Assembly (NCBI GenBank): GCA_904063045.1
Contig: CAJFCJ010000019.1
Location: forward strand, 3,416,684 to 3,480,683
Source of the DNA: Dimorphilus gyrociliatus
Lineage: Eukaryota > Animalia > Annelida
Length of the DNA: 64,000 bases
Direction: 5' to 3'
A program made the translations under genes and the position numbers. Below, piece after piece: positions 1 to 12,284 of this stretch; within the stretch, counting starts at the first letter, position 1; each line of letters opens with the position of its first letter. A model generated the notes under the pieces. The model worked only from the letters and a program-made list of their open reading frames with translations, did no database searches and was not told the origin of the DNA.

Positions 1-1784
1 CATATTGATCTTGAATACCCTTAAGAACAATTGTTTTAAGCTCTTCTTCCGAATACAAATCTTAGAGAAAGAAAATGGGATATAGTAGTGTAAATACACA
101 TACATGTACTGTATATAAGTATTGAATGAAAACCTTGATTATCTTCAATTAACTTCTTTCTTAAAGGAATATACCAAGTTCTATCGTTAGCAATAGATTT
201 TGATATTACGACGATACGCTTTTTAATGGTTTGCCATAGATCTATTAATTCACGATAAATTGCATTTTAAAATGTGATTTTAAAGGTTGTTTTTTTTTAT
301 TTAATAGACCTATTTCACTAATTGAACGAAGTGTTAGATCGATGTCTATGCTATTATCGGGAGTCGTAAATTTCACGGGATAGACTACGTTGACATTAAT
401 ATCCTGTTTGAAGAGAGATAACCCTTATATTGTTTGTTTTTAAGTATAAATACAATAATAATATAGATAATGTAATTATAAAAAAACGTAAATAAATGAT
501 AAGGATGATAAGAAAAATTTTACTTGTTCTGCTACTCTCTTTGACATATTCTCTAGAAATTTCAGCTCTTGCCTTTCAACAAAGGCGCACAAATTTTCAA
601 ACTTTTCCATTTCTTCGTTCTTAAATGTTAAAGAAAGTGAAAAAAAAATTATTTAAAGTATATTTAAATCACTTTATATTTCAATTCAGCAGATAAAAAT
701 TTAGTATTCTCTTCCTCAACTTGAGTATGAACACTGTATTTTGGTTGTTTCCATGGTATTCCTACCAGAACGTCTAAAAAAATGGTAAAAAGTTTTTACA
801 AGTTGATGGATCTTTTTTTATTAAAAATAAACAAGCCTTTTTACCTATCAACCCTAAAAAAGCTTTTGTAAGATTTTTTACGGAATTGTATAAACTGAGT
901 GATCGACGAGAGAGGAGCATTCTTTTTGCTAAGACTATAAATAAATATAGAGCCTTTGCTAATCCCTTAGTACAAAAAATGCTTATTATATTTTATCCTT
1001 AAATATTTAAGTTATTTTCAACAAACATCATAAAAATCCTCCATAACTAATTGAGTTCCCTTTTGAAGAAACTTTGAAAGTTTCCACTTGTGAAAATATT
1101 GAGGAAAGTTTATACTTTTCACTTTAAATGTTCTATTATAAAAATATGTAAATTAATTGAAATCTGTTTTTATAGCATATTATTAATTTAACCCTTCTCT
1201 TCTAATAGAAGTTAATTGTTCTTCGGAAAGAGGCTTTGCTGAACCTGATTCGTCTACCGCCACTTGCCTTAATTCGTTAAAGTTAGGCATAATAAAAGCA
1301 GTTGTATAAATATCTTCGTATGTCTGGATTAGTGAGGACCGTAACTTAATTATCTTATATTATAGTAGTAATATTTATACGGAAAAAATACAAACATCGG
1401 TAATTGAATCGGGAGGTTTCATGTCAAATGATGACCAATGGAAAAGTTTAGCCTCTGCATCCTATTATAAATGTATTAGATTTTAGTTTGTAAAACTCTC
1501 TTAGTAAACTCAGGCTTACATCTTTAATCTTTCTTGCTATTGAATCCGAGGGTACTGGACCGAATTCCAGGGGTTCTTTCTAAAGAATTAGCGACAATAA
1601 ATATATTTTTTTGACTTTTTTTTTATTTGATTGTTTATTAAAACTTAGAGAATCACATAAAAATAGGAAATAAAATAACCATTGTATTGTTGATAACATC
1701 CAGTAAAATATCTTTGGTTTGAGCCATTTTATGGCTTGAGGCTGTTTTATAAAGATCGTCTGAGTTTGTTGTATTTTCGGCCAT
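1..1784 (-). CDS. Uncharacterised multi-exon protein (runs off the left edge of the window)
   Basis: Eleven exons read by hand join in frame through GT-AG introns from the ATG at 1784: MAENTTNSDDLYKTASSHKMAQTKDILLDVINNTM|KEPLEFGPVP...|LRSSLIQTYEDIY...|...DLYSEEELKTIVLKGIQDQY. No family recognised. Confidence 0.75.
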
Positions 1785-1899
1785 TTATAATAAAATTCAA
1801 TGCTGGCAGTTTTTCGGTGTACAGCAAATTAAAATAAATAGTCCGTGGAAAAGTGGTACATCGTCTGCTAAATCAGAGTGGCTCCATCTTCAATATATA

Positions 1900-3282
1900 T
1901 TAGTCATCATGTCTCGGAGTGTGCAATAAAATATCATGCAAATCGTCTTGATCCTTAACTTTTTGCTTGTCAACAATTATTTCATCAACCTTTAAGTCTT
2001 GAAAATTTTGAGCAATTTCTTTTGCTGTCTTATAAAGGGAGACGCCTTGCATATTACACATAATAGCGACGCTTACACCATGAAGTTTCTCTTCAGAGTT
2101 CTCTTTTGGAACGATTAAAAGTACACTCGAACTACCTATAGACCCTCCTGTGTGACTTATATATTTTGAATGAATACACCAGCCCATTCCATAGGATCCA
2201 TCTTTTTCCCATATACATTTAGCATTAGGAACACCTTGCCACATTTCTATCATAGTTTTCCTAGTTAAGAAGTTATTCGGTGAGTTCGTTTGATAACTAG
2301 ACAACATTGAAAGTCCAAATTTTACTAAATCGGGAGCAGTCGATAAAAGTCCACCTCCACCCCATTTATAAGAGTTATCAACATATTCAGCATTTTTCAG
2401 CTTTCCAGTTTTTGCCTCTCTTACGTAATTGCTAAAATACGAAATTGAAAGAAAGCCAATTGTCTTAATACTATATAACTACTAATAAAAAGTTTACCTT
2501 GCTCTGTGATAGATAATTGTATCATTTTCATCTAAATAAGTATTTTTTAAATCTAAAGTTTGAAATAAATTCTTTATCATTACTTCAAAGGATTTTGAAG
2601 AGACGCTCTCTAAAACTGCACTAATTAGTGTCCATCCGTAAGTTGTGTATAAAAACTCTGTTCCAGGTAGACTGCATAATTCGTCATCCTTAAATATGGA
2701 TAGAGCTTCGGATATTGTTTTATATCTTTTTTTATTATAGTACTCTGGTATCAGCAGCTCATTTTCAACTGGTGTTGAGCTTTTCTGATTGCACTTTAAA
2801 TAGTGACGAATACCGCCGAAATGAGAAAGTAGTTGACGTATCGTTATTTTCGCTGGCTTTCCATTAAAATACTTTTCGGGCCATGTTTTAACATATTTTT
2901 CAATAAACTGATCATAATCCAACAGTCCATCTTCATGGAGTTTACCGACTAGTGCCATTGTAAATGATTTACTTATACTGGCTATCCTCATCACTGTTTT
3001 TGGAGTACATTCGATTCTATGTTCTATATTTGCATAACCAAATCCCTGAGACCAGACCAATTGGCCATCGATGCCTACGGCTGCTACTATACCAGGGCAA
3101 CCAGATTCATCCTTTATTCTTTGAACGAGATCAGTTGCATTTTCCACGGCAATATCAAAATCAGTTTTTTTCCGAGTCTTTTCGCCTAATGCTACAAAAG
3201 CCAATAATCCCGATCCACATGTTAGCAAATACTTTGTTGATGCATTGCGGTTAAGTCTCTTTAAAAATGACCAATAATTCAT
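1900..3282 (-). CDS. LACTB: Serine beta-lactamase-like protein LACTB (2 exons, intron ~2432-2498)
   Basis: VMRIASISK (SxxK), YTTYGW and VDNSYKWGGGGLLST motifs. The two track ORFs are joined by an AG|gtaaac...tttag intron. Confidence 0.93.
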
Positions 3283-3340
3283 AATTCCTAAAATAGTTCG
3301 TGTAAATATTCCTGCAACTGTATTATCGCTCAGGTGTTTA

Positions 3341-3350
3341 GCGCCATCTT
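3341..3350 (-). promoter_or_regulatory. YY1-like motif (AAGATGGCGC) ~60 bp upstream of the LACTB start
   Basis: The + strand reads gcgccatctt, matching the AAGATGGCG core at a housekeeping-gene start. Motif match only. Confidence 0.35.
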
Positions 3351-4181
3351 CCAGATTTTTATGATTCTAAATAATTGCATCTTTTGATCTCATTTTATGT
3401 TTCGTTTCCTCATAATGTTTCAATCAAAGTGAAAAAATACTTTTTGAAAATAGTTTAACTTCACAAGAGGAAAGTAGAAGAGAGCATTGTAGAAATTGAG
3501 AAACAAGTTGATACCATATAGAAGACTACTCCTTTACATGATTAAAGAGTAAAGATGCATTCAAATAGCTTATTATTCGAATTATTTAGAAATTTTGCTT
3601 TTATTTACAAAGAAAAAGTGTTTCTACTGCAACAATACATCATAAACCTGGACAAAAATTAAAAGAATATCAAATGCTGTACCTGCTTTCTTAAACAATC
3701 GCGTTTTTCATATCACTGATGATAATATGAGATTTATCAGAAAAGATCTCCGACAGATATCAATAGAAATTACAAAAAACGAAGTTTCTTTATATTGGTA
3801 TTCGATAGGGTAATTAATAGAACTTTATGCATAAAAAGACCTTTTCATAGCAAAATATCATGAACAAACTATATCTATATCAAATATCTTTTCACTGCTA
3901 AATAAATGTTAGATCTACAATCCTTAGCTTCATAATTCCGCTTTAAAGTTTTAATTACAGTCGAAAAATGCTGAAAACTTGCTTTATTAATAAGATAAAT
4001 TCGTAAAAAACACATTTAAATGTTTTCCTCTACCTTAGCCATTTTCTCTATAAAGTAAACAATATTTATTTATAGTACTCAGTCGAATATAATAACTGCT
4101 GACAGAGGCGTCACCAAGTAGAGAAATAAGATGTAATCTTTGTCACTAGTCTATATGAAGTTTTAATTTGAGCATCAATGT

Positions 4182-7100
4182 ATGATGTACCTCTTGGGAC
4201 TAATTCTTTTTCTATCGAATTGTAATATTATTATTGCAAAGGAGGAGATAAGATTTTTAGTTTTACTTCCAGGAGAGAAAAATGGATACAAATTTCCTTT
4301 TGGAAAAGAAATGGCAGGACCTGCGGGTAAGTTGTCATATTGCATAGACTTTGCAATTATTTTCCTAATATCTGATAGTTGAGACGGCGTTCGAAGAGAT
4401 TGAAAGACTCCAAATGTTGCCTTCATACTCTTTAAATGCTGAGTTTTACGATTCAGGATGTAATTCTTTAAAAGGCCTAGGTATATCTAGCGACAAGTCT
4501 AATATAGTTGTAATTACTTGAGATATTTTAGGAGCTGCATACAACGCACTATCAACGAAAGAGTATCATATAATGATAGGACCTCAATGTTCATCTGTAT
4601 GTAGTTCTGTTGGACGTCTGGCAGCGCACGTAAATATACCAGTATTTACTGGTCTTTGCCAAGGCGTAGAAATGTCGAACAAGAATCAATTTAAGGTCAA
4701 CCCGCACAAAACTCTACCTACGGTTTTAAACCAATTATACATTTTAAAACGTTTACAGACGATGACGAGACTGTTAGCAACATTTGAAATGACTGGTCTA
4801 TTCGTTATGAATATATTAGAGAAATTGAATTGGAAGATAGTTGGTGTCCTTGCAGAAAGACGAACTGATCTGATATGGCGTTTAACTAGAGATGGATTAA
4901 AATATGCTGCTCAAATAAAAAACATTACTCTAGTAAAATCCATACTATTTCATGAAACAGACGATCTAGAAAGTTTATTACTTCTTGTAGCAGCAAAGAG
5001 TCGAAGTGAGTTTTAATTGTTGAAAACTTAGTTCCTTTAGACAGTCATTAATAAACTATCAGACTAATAGGAATAACTATTACAGTAATAATAATTGGTG
5101 CTCATGGAGATACGTTTCGCACATTAGCTAAATTAATTTATAAGCATAAGCTTCACCTACGAAGATTCTTTTTTATTGTTATTACCTATTATGAGCAGCG
5201 TCGAATATTTGGTGATTTTGCTTGGAAGCAGGTAGTATTTAATTAGTTAATTAACTTAGATATATTATTTACGGTTAAGCTGTATCGTATGTTTTTACTT
5301 CTGTCTTTTTACAATCTATTGTATAGCGATTAGATAACTTAATGGGCTTTTTTTTTCTTTGTAACTCGATAATTTTCAATTATCCATCTCATTTAGTTTA
5401 ATGTATCATTTTTTTTCATATTCTAAAGAATCAGGAAGATGATATTAACATAAAAGAAGTATATTCTTCTATTATCTTTGTTTCATACTACAATAGAGAA
5501 AATTCAATGGAGTATACCATATTCAATGAAATAATTCGTCAGAAAGCAAATACACAATTCGGTTTTAACTATAAGTCTGATGAAAAAGTTCCTTATCCGG
5601 CAGCTAACCTATACGAAGCGACCATTTTATCAGCTATATCCCTTAACGAAACAATAGCCACTGAAGGTGATATAAAAGATGGAATGTTAGTTGCACAAAG
5701 GTTGTGGAATCGAAGTTATGATAGTAAGTACATGTAAAAAAGATTCTTACTTATTATCCAACTTAAATTCAAAAAGGTTTAACTGGAGGTATGACCTTGA
5801 ATTCTAATGGTGATAGAGAACAAAAGTACACTATTTTGCAGTTAGATACGAATGATCAAATGACAGTCAGTCTAAATTGTTGAAATATGTAAAAAGACGC
5901 AAATAAAAAATCAATTTTGCAGACGGTTGCTATTTATACGACTGAAAATGAATCTCTTATGTGGATAAGGCCAATTTTATGGGTTGACGGTGAGAAGCCA
6001 CTAGACATTCCTAGATGTGGTTTCGACAATGAACTCTGTGAAGAAGGTAAAAACTAATACTTTTATAAAGTTCCTTTAAGTTTTAAAACTATATCCTACA
6101 GATGTCAAACTAAAATTAGTACGAATAATTCTTATTATCGTTGGTGTTTTTGGCATTGTTTTAATTTTTGGCTTAGGAGGATTCCTTCTAATTTTCAAGT
6201 TAGTAACGACTCTATTTCTAAAGTTAATTATCTAACTATAAAAACACTTCAATTCGTAGGAAAATGAAATGGGAGAAAGATTTGGCGAGTATGTCTTGGA
6301 AATTAGATTTAAATGATATACAATTTCATGATTCAACTGTTAAACCCTTTAATTCTGCCCTAAGCGTTAGGATTACAATTTCAAGCAACTTCCCACAAAG
6401 AAATTATAAACTCTAATTATTACTTTGCAGATTTCCAGATCAAAGACAACTCTAGATAATTATTCAATTAGTTTCAATAAATTTGAACAAATTTTTACTA
6501 AAACAGGTTATTTTAAAGTAAGTTCTTTCAAAAACAATATTTCTAAAATGTCTTTCTAATAAGTTGATAAAAAAAGGGAATTATTGTGGCATTGAAGTCG
6601 GCTTCACACGTAAAACAAGTCAACTTGAATGATAGAAACTTTTTAACCGAGCTAAAACATGTAAAGTTGAAATTAGAAAAACCATACCTTACTAATAATG
6701 CCTCCAATAGATGCATGACCTTAGCCATAACAACATCTGCAAATTTATGGGAGTTACTGTAGAAGTGCCTGACTTGTGGATTGTAACTGAATATTGTTCC
6801 AAAGGAAGTTTACAGGATTTACTGGCTAATGATGACGTTAACCTTGACTGGACCTTCAAAAGTTCTTTGGCTTTAGATATAGTTTCGGTAATTAAAAAAT
6901 AAATATGATACTTTAGACGGCTAGTTTAAGTGAACAATTCTTTGTCACGCAATAGGGGATGCTTCATCTATATTCATCAAAGTATTTTAAGTATCATGGT
7001 AATTTAAAGAGTTCAAATTGCGTGATCGATGGACGATTTGTGGTAAAAATTACTGATTTTGGCCTTATGAATTGGAGAACAGAAAAATTACCTAAAGATT

Positions 7101-8378
7101 TATTATGGACTTCTCCGGAAGGCTTAAGAGATAGCGAAAATGCATTAAATATGAAATCTGATATTTACTCTTTTTCTATTATTCTCCATGAAATTATTTA
7201 TCGGGAAGGCCCTTTTTTCTGTGAATGCGATACTTTATCAGCTGATGGTTATTAGTTTTACAACTATTAGAATGAACCCAATAGTTTACTTCCTATAGGT
7301 ATTATCCAGAAAGTTCTTTCTGATCGAAAACTACCGTTTAGACCCTTCGTAAAAGATGACTATCATGAAGATACTCCAGAAAAAATAATACAGCTTATGA
7401 GAAAATGTTGGAATGAACAGCCAGAGAATCGTCCAAATTTTAATTATATTAAGGCGACGTTGATTGCCAGTGTAAATCAGTAATACTATAATTTTTAATT
7501 GCTTAATCAACTATAATTAGCTAATTCGTATGTTTTTTTTATTGTATTGTTAGCAAATCTTTAAGCATTATGGATAATCTGATAAATAGGATGGAACAAT
7601 ACGCTAATAATCTTGAAACTCTTGTTGAAGAAAGAACGTCCAGTTATCTTGAAGAGAAGAAAAGGGCTGAGGATTTATTATATCGGCTTTTACCGCCGTA
7701 AGAATTTTACTATATTAATCTCTTTATTAGACTATTAACATTATTACAATATTTTTAAGATCGATTGCAAAAGAAATTCAAAAAACTGGAAATGCAAAAC
7801 CTCAAGACTACGAATGCGTTACTATATACTTTAGTGATATTGTCAGTTTTACGGTGTTGTCATCTAAGAGCACTCCATTGCAAATAATCAAGCTATTGAA
7901 CGATCTTTACACTCTTTTCGATAGCGTTATAGAAAAGTTTGACGTCTATAAAGTGGAAACAATAGGGGATTCTTATATGGTTGTTTCCGGTCTGCCAAAG
8001 AAAAATGACAATAGTCATGCTGAAAATATAGCCAAGATGTCAATTATATTATTGAATGCAATCAAAACATTTGAAATACATCATCGTCCAGGGGAGAAAT
8101 TACTATTAAGAATTGGTATTCACTCGGGACCTTGTGCAGCTGGAGTTGTTGGACTGACAATGCCAAGATATTGTTTATTTGGAGATACAGTAAATACTGC
8201 TTCAAGAATGGAGACTCATGGAGAACCCTTAAAAATTCATATGAGCAAAACAACAAACGACCTTTTAAGAAGAGACGCACAATTTTCCATACAAGAAAGA
8301 GGAGAATTAGAAATAAAAGGTAAAGGAAAAATGCTAACCTACTGGTTGGATCCTTTCTTAAATGAGAAGCAAATGTAA
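4182..8378 (+). CDS. Receptor-type guanylyl cyclase (natriuretic-peptide-receptor-like), multi-exon
   Basis: Signal peptide, ANF-receptor ectodomain ([28 protein letters not shown]), one TM helix, kinase-homology domain (HGNLKSSNC...ITDFGL), coiled coil (MEQYANNLE) and cyclase domain ([32 protein letters not shown]). Confidence 0.93.
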
Positions 8379-8858
8379 TTTCATTTAGTAGACAATATAC
8401 TGTATATTTCTTTGAATAAACCTTAGTCTGTTAGTTTTGAACGCTGGAGAGATTTGCTTATTTTACATAAAAAGAAAAAGATAGAAAGCAATTAAATAAT
8501 GTAAAGAAATTGTAGATTTCCAGGTAAGTATAAAAAATAGGTAAGTAGATTGTAATCCTTTAATTCTTTCTATTTGAGAAAATATTAAATGATAACAATT
8601 CAACAATAGTATAATCCTACTACATATGCTAATATCTGACCTATTTTGTTTTGTTTTCTTTTTTCAATATAAAGTTATACTTTCAAGGTTACGAGAAATC
8701 TGTATTGTACTAATAAAATAGTGTCTTTTAAGCTTTGAAATTCTAATATTGAATATAATCAAGGGAAACGTAAATTTATCACTGAAATTATTCATTAATC
8801 AATCTTCAATCTTCTAATAGGTTTCGTTAACTTTGTTTAATTTATTAGCAATTTAAGA

Positions 8859-9218
8859 CTAGGATCTCAAATCTGCAATCGTTTTTCCTTTCCATCCAAT
8901 CATTTCAGGTGAGGAATCACGATATATAATATGGATTCTCTCACTGGATAGCTTTAACTGTGTTTGCAGGAAATCGGTAATAACCTGCGTATGTTTCGAA
9001 TTCACATCCTTCCCTAAACTACCAACGGAAACAATAAAAACTTCACAACAGGGTGAACTACTCCCATTCCAAAACATATCTAGATCTGGTCTTAATGTAA
9101 TGCAAATAAGTTCTTTCGACTTGCCCAAAGTACTTGCAAGAACATTTGCAAGGTTGCTGGTGAAATCAGCTGGCACATCAGATTTCGAAATATTACTGTT
9201 TATAACGCAGCTAGGCAT
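8859..9218 (-). CDS. MIF: MIF / D-dopachrome tautomerase family protein; intronless CDS, probable 5'UTR intron 9240-9306
   Basis: 119 aa with catalytic Pro immediately after Met1, GKS, SVG and C-terminal IGWKG. Upstream G|gtaagg donor and atttag acceptor. Confidence 0.88.
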   Translation of the reverse strand: MPSCVINSNISKSDVPADFTSNLANVLASTLGKSKELICITLRPDLDMFWNGSSSPCCEVFIVSVGSLGKDVNSKHTQVITDFLQTQLKLSSERIHIIYRDSSPEMIGWKGKTIADLRS

Positions 9219-9306
9219 AATTTAGCTCCCAACGAATAGCTAAATCTTAATCAAAGAATATAAAGATCAACGATTAAATACAGGATTATATATTTATTGG
9301 CCTTAC

Positions 9307-9448
9307 CAGGAAAGGTGGAATTGTAGATTTCGACCAATGAGACATTCAATAAGAATCGTCTGCTTCAACCAATCAAGTCAGTCGCCTGCTAGCCACCATT
9401 TTTACTGACGTTTTCAGTCTAAAGAGTTGAAAGGAATCAGCAACGAAA
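9307..9448. promoter_or_regulatory. Compact bidirectional promoter, MIF / MFSD5
   Basis: Divergent genes with <145 bp between the MIF 5'UTR donor (9306) and the MFSD5 ATG (9449). Two CCAAT boxes (~9334, ~9369) and a YY1-like ccatttt (~9395). Confidence 0.55.
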
Positions 9449-11483
9449 ATGAATGTATTCATCGCTGGTTTCTGGATTTTGTTAGCAATTTGCTTACTTT
9501 TGTATATCTTTACAAGAACAAAGCTGAAATCAAGTACTGACGCTTCCTTCTTGCATTTCCAAAGAACTTACCTAATTGTCTTCGTGTTGGCTATGTGTAA
9601 ATATTTAAATAAGTAACGAAAATGATTATCAGTAACTTAAAATTGATTTTAGCGGGTGATTGGCTACAAGGTCCCTATGTTTATGCACTGTACGACTCCT
9701 ATAAAATGTCAAGTCATCAAATAGATATCTTATTTGTAGCTGGTTTCGGTTCAAGCATGCTTTTTGGGACCATTATTGGATCATTTGCCGACAAATAGTA
9801 AGAATATTACATGTATAACAATATAGTTTACCAATTTATGCAATGTTTTAGCGGAAGAAAAAAGAATGCTATTCTATATGGAATTCTTTATGGCTTGTCT
9901 TGTTTAACAAAGGTAGTCTTATAACATATTTTTCTATTTGTATAATGTATTGACTGCATTTATTATACTATATAGCATTTCAATAATTTTTGGATTTTGA
10001 TGATTGGTCGGTTATTGGGTGGAATGGCCACTTCAATTTTGTACAGTGCATTTGAAGCGTGGCTTGTTTATGAAAACAATAAAGTATATATGAACTTTTA
10101 TTAATAGTTAAAGGAAAACATCTATATTAATCATTTTTATATTAATTAGAGAGGATACGATGTTGATCTTTTAGGATCGATATTTTCTCATGCCATATTT
10201 GGTAATTCCATTGCTGCTATTCTATCCGGTTTAGTTGCTCAAACTGCTGTTGATAAATTTGGTTTTGTTAGTCCATTTGATATTGCATTTTGTATTCTTG
10301 TCATTATGATAATTGTTGTATCCCTTACTTGGACGGAGAATTTTGGTGACACATCTACAAGCCTGGTTTCTTCTTACGGAAATGCCTATAATTCAATTAA
10401 GAAAGATCACAAGATTATCTGTCTTGGTTTAATTCAAAGTTTGTTCGAAGGAGCAATGTATACTTTTGTATTGAAATGGACTCCATCTTTGGAAAATGCA
10501 GCAAAGGAGACGATCACAGAACACGCTGGAAAAATACCTCATGGTTTCATATTTGCAGGCTTTATGATTGCTATTATGATAGGATCGTCACTGTTTAAGA
10601 TTCTTTCTAAAAGTTTACAACCCGAAAACTTTATGAGAGGTGTACTCTGCATTTCTAGTATTTGTATGACAATTCCTGTTTTGTTTCCTGATTCTCAAAC
10701 CTTAATATTCATCTCATTTTTGGTTTTTGAATCTTGCGTTGGAATATTTTGGCCGTCCATGAGTACTATGAGAGGAAAATACGTACCCGAATCAACAAGA
10801 GCTACTATTATGAATTTTTTTAGAATACCTTTAAATTTAATAGTTGTTATTATACTCACTCAGGATCTCACAAACTCCACTCTATTTAAATTTTGTACGA
10901 TCTTCTTAGGATTAACAGCTGTTGCTCAACATTGGCTCTACAGGTTTGTAATATCTTTACAAAATTCGAACTATTCATTTAAAAAATAATTTATTAGTTA
11001 TTTCCTCAAATATTTTCTTTTCGCTGGCTTAAGTCTGCTGCTAATTTTTTTTTTTAAAAAAAAAATGATATCCTTTCTCAGCTTTTTTTCATCACTAAGA
11101 TTTATATTGTTAAATATTTGAGAATTTAACTAATATTTGAATTTAAATCTATACTATATATATATGTAAATGTATATATTATATACAGTATATACAAACA
11201 AACTTTTACGGTTAAGCATTAGCTCATGTCAAAGTTTTTCTTTATATTTTAATTGTAAGATTATTCAATTAAAAAAGAGAAAATTAATTAAAAATTACTA
11301 ATTTAGTTGAGTATAATATAAAATCAATTACTTGACTTTATTGGTTTAAGATTATTGTTTATTTCTTTACCTAGATTATCAGTTGCAAAAGTAACGGAAG
11401 TGTTAAATAGTAACGAAGAAAAAGATGGATTAAAGCAAGGCGATAAAGAATTACCCATACAGTCAAATATATCTGAAGCTTAG
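9449..11483 (+). CDS. MFSD5: Molybdate-anion transporter (MFS, MFSD5)
   Basis: FQRTYL...AGDWLQGPYVYALY, ILYSAFEAWL, LFEGAMYTFVLKWTP and IMNFFRIPLN. Probable last intron 10944-11374 followed by an in-frame terminal exon ending ...SNISEA*. Confidence 0.92.
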
Positions 11484-12284
11484 GTAAAAAAACTAACAAA
11501 TTTCTCTGCATCTAAGATTCTACTTTGTCTCTTACAAATTTTTTCTAAGCCTCAAAAAGCAATCTGTGTTATGTAATAATTCTATACTAATATTTTTATA
11601 TTAAAATTAAAACAATTTGAATTATAAACATTCCTAGCAATGAATAATTTGAAATACCAAATAAATGGGGGGATAAAATTGATTAATACAAAAATATATC
11701 GAATTTTCTAACTGGTAGTATAAATTTATAATATACCAAACTATACTTCTATACTGCAGTATATATTAGATTAATCTCTGCATATGTCAGCTGCTTGTGG
11801 CATCTTTCATTTTTGTCTTTTCATTTAACTGCTTCCACGTCAAAATATCTATACTATAAAATAATGAATATTTACATTTGTTGAACTGGTTATAGAACTA
11901 AAATGGATAATAATAGAAATGAATAAATTTGGATTTTGGGAGTTTTGTTGTGAACTCATAATAAACTGTCTCGTTTATTTTGTCTATTAGAAAAATGTCA
12001 AAGAATATGATATTTATACAGCCTCTAGAACTTTATAATGAGATATATCATAAGAAAATTTCAAATATCAAAATGGTTAGTGACTTTGTTGATAGACGTT
12101 ATAATAAGATTTCTTTTTCGTAAAATATATGGCTCCTACTGAGTTTTGAAGTCGATTCATACCAATTAAACAACAAACTATAAATAGAATTATTTTCATT
12201 TTAAAACGGAAATAGTAGCCATAATCCTTTATTGTAAGAAACAATTAAATTAGTAGTGGCATATCAGAGACGGTGAATCGTTCA

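Noticed and set aside
9221-9345. Spliced uORF ending 3 nt before the MIF ATG
   Set aside because: Its ATG lies between two CCAAT boxes, probably upstream of the transcription start.
5268-11217. Shared 13-mer tttacggttaagc in two longer introns (~5268 and ~11205)
   Set aside because: Many repeated 13-mers are expected by chance in 64 kb of AT-rich DNA; there is no extended similarity.
11787-11848. Short minus-strand exon-like segment (ILTWKQLNEKTKMKDATSS*) as an alternative sacsin last exon
   Set aside because: It needs a weak gtctat donor at 12292, is only ~20 codons long and has no J/HEPN similarity. Not supportable without cDNA.
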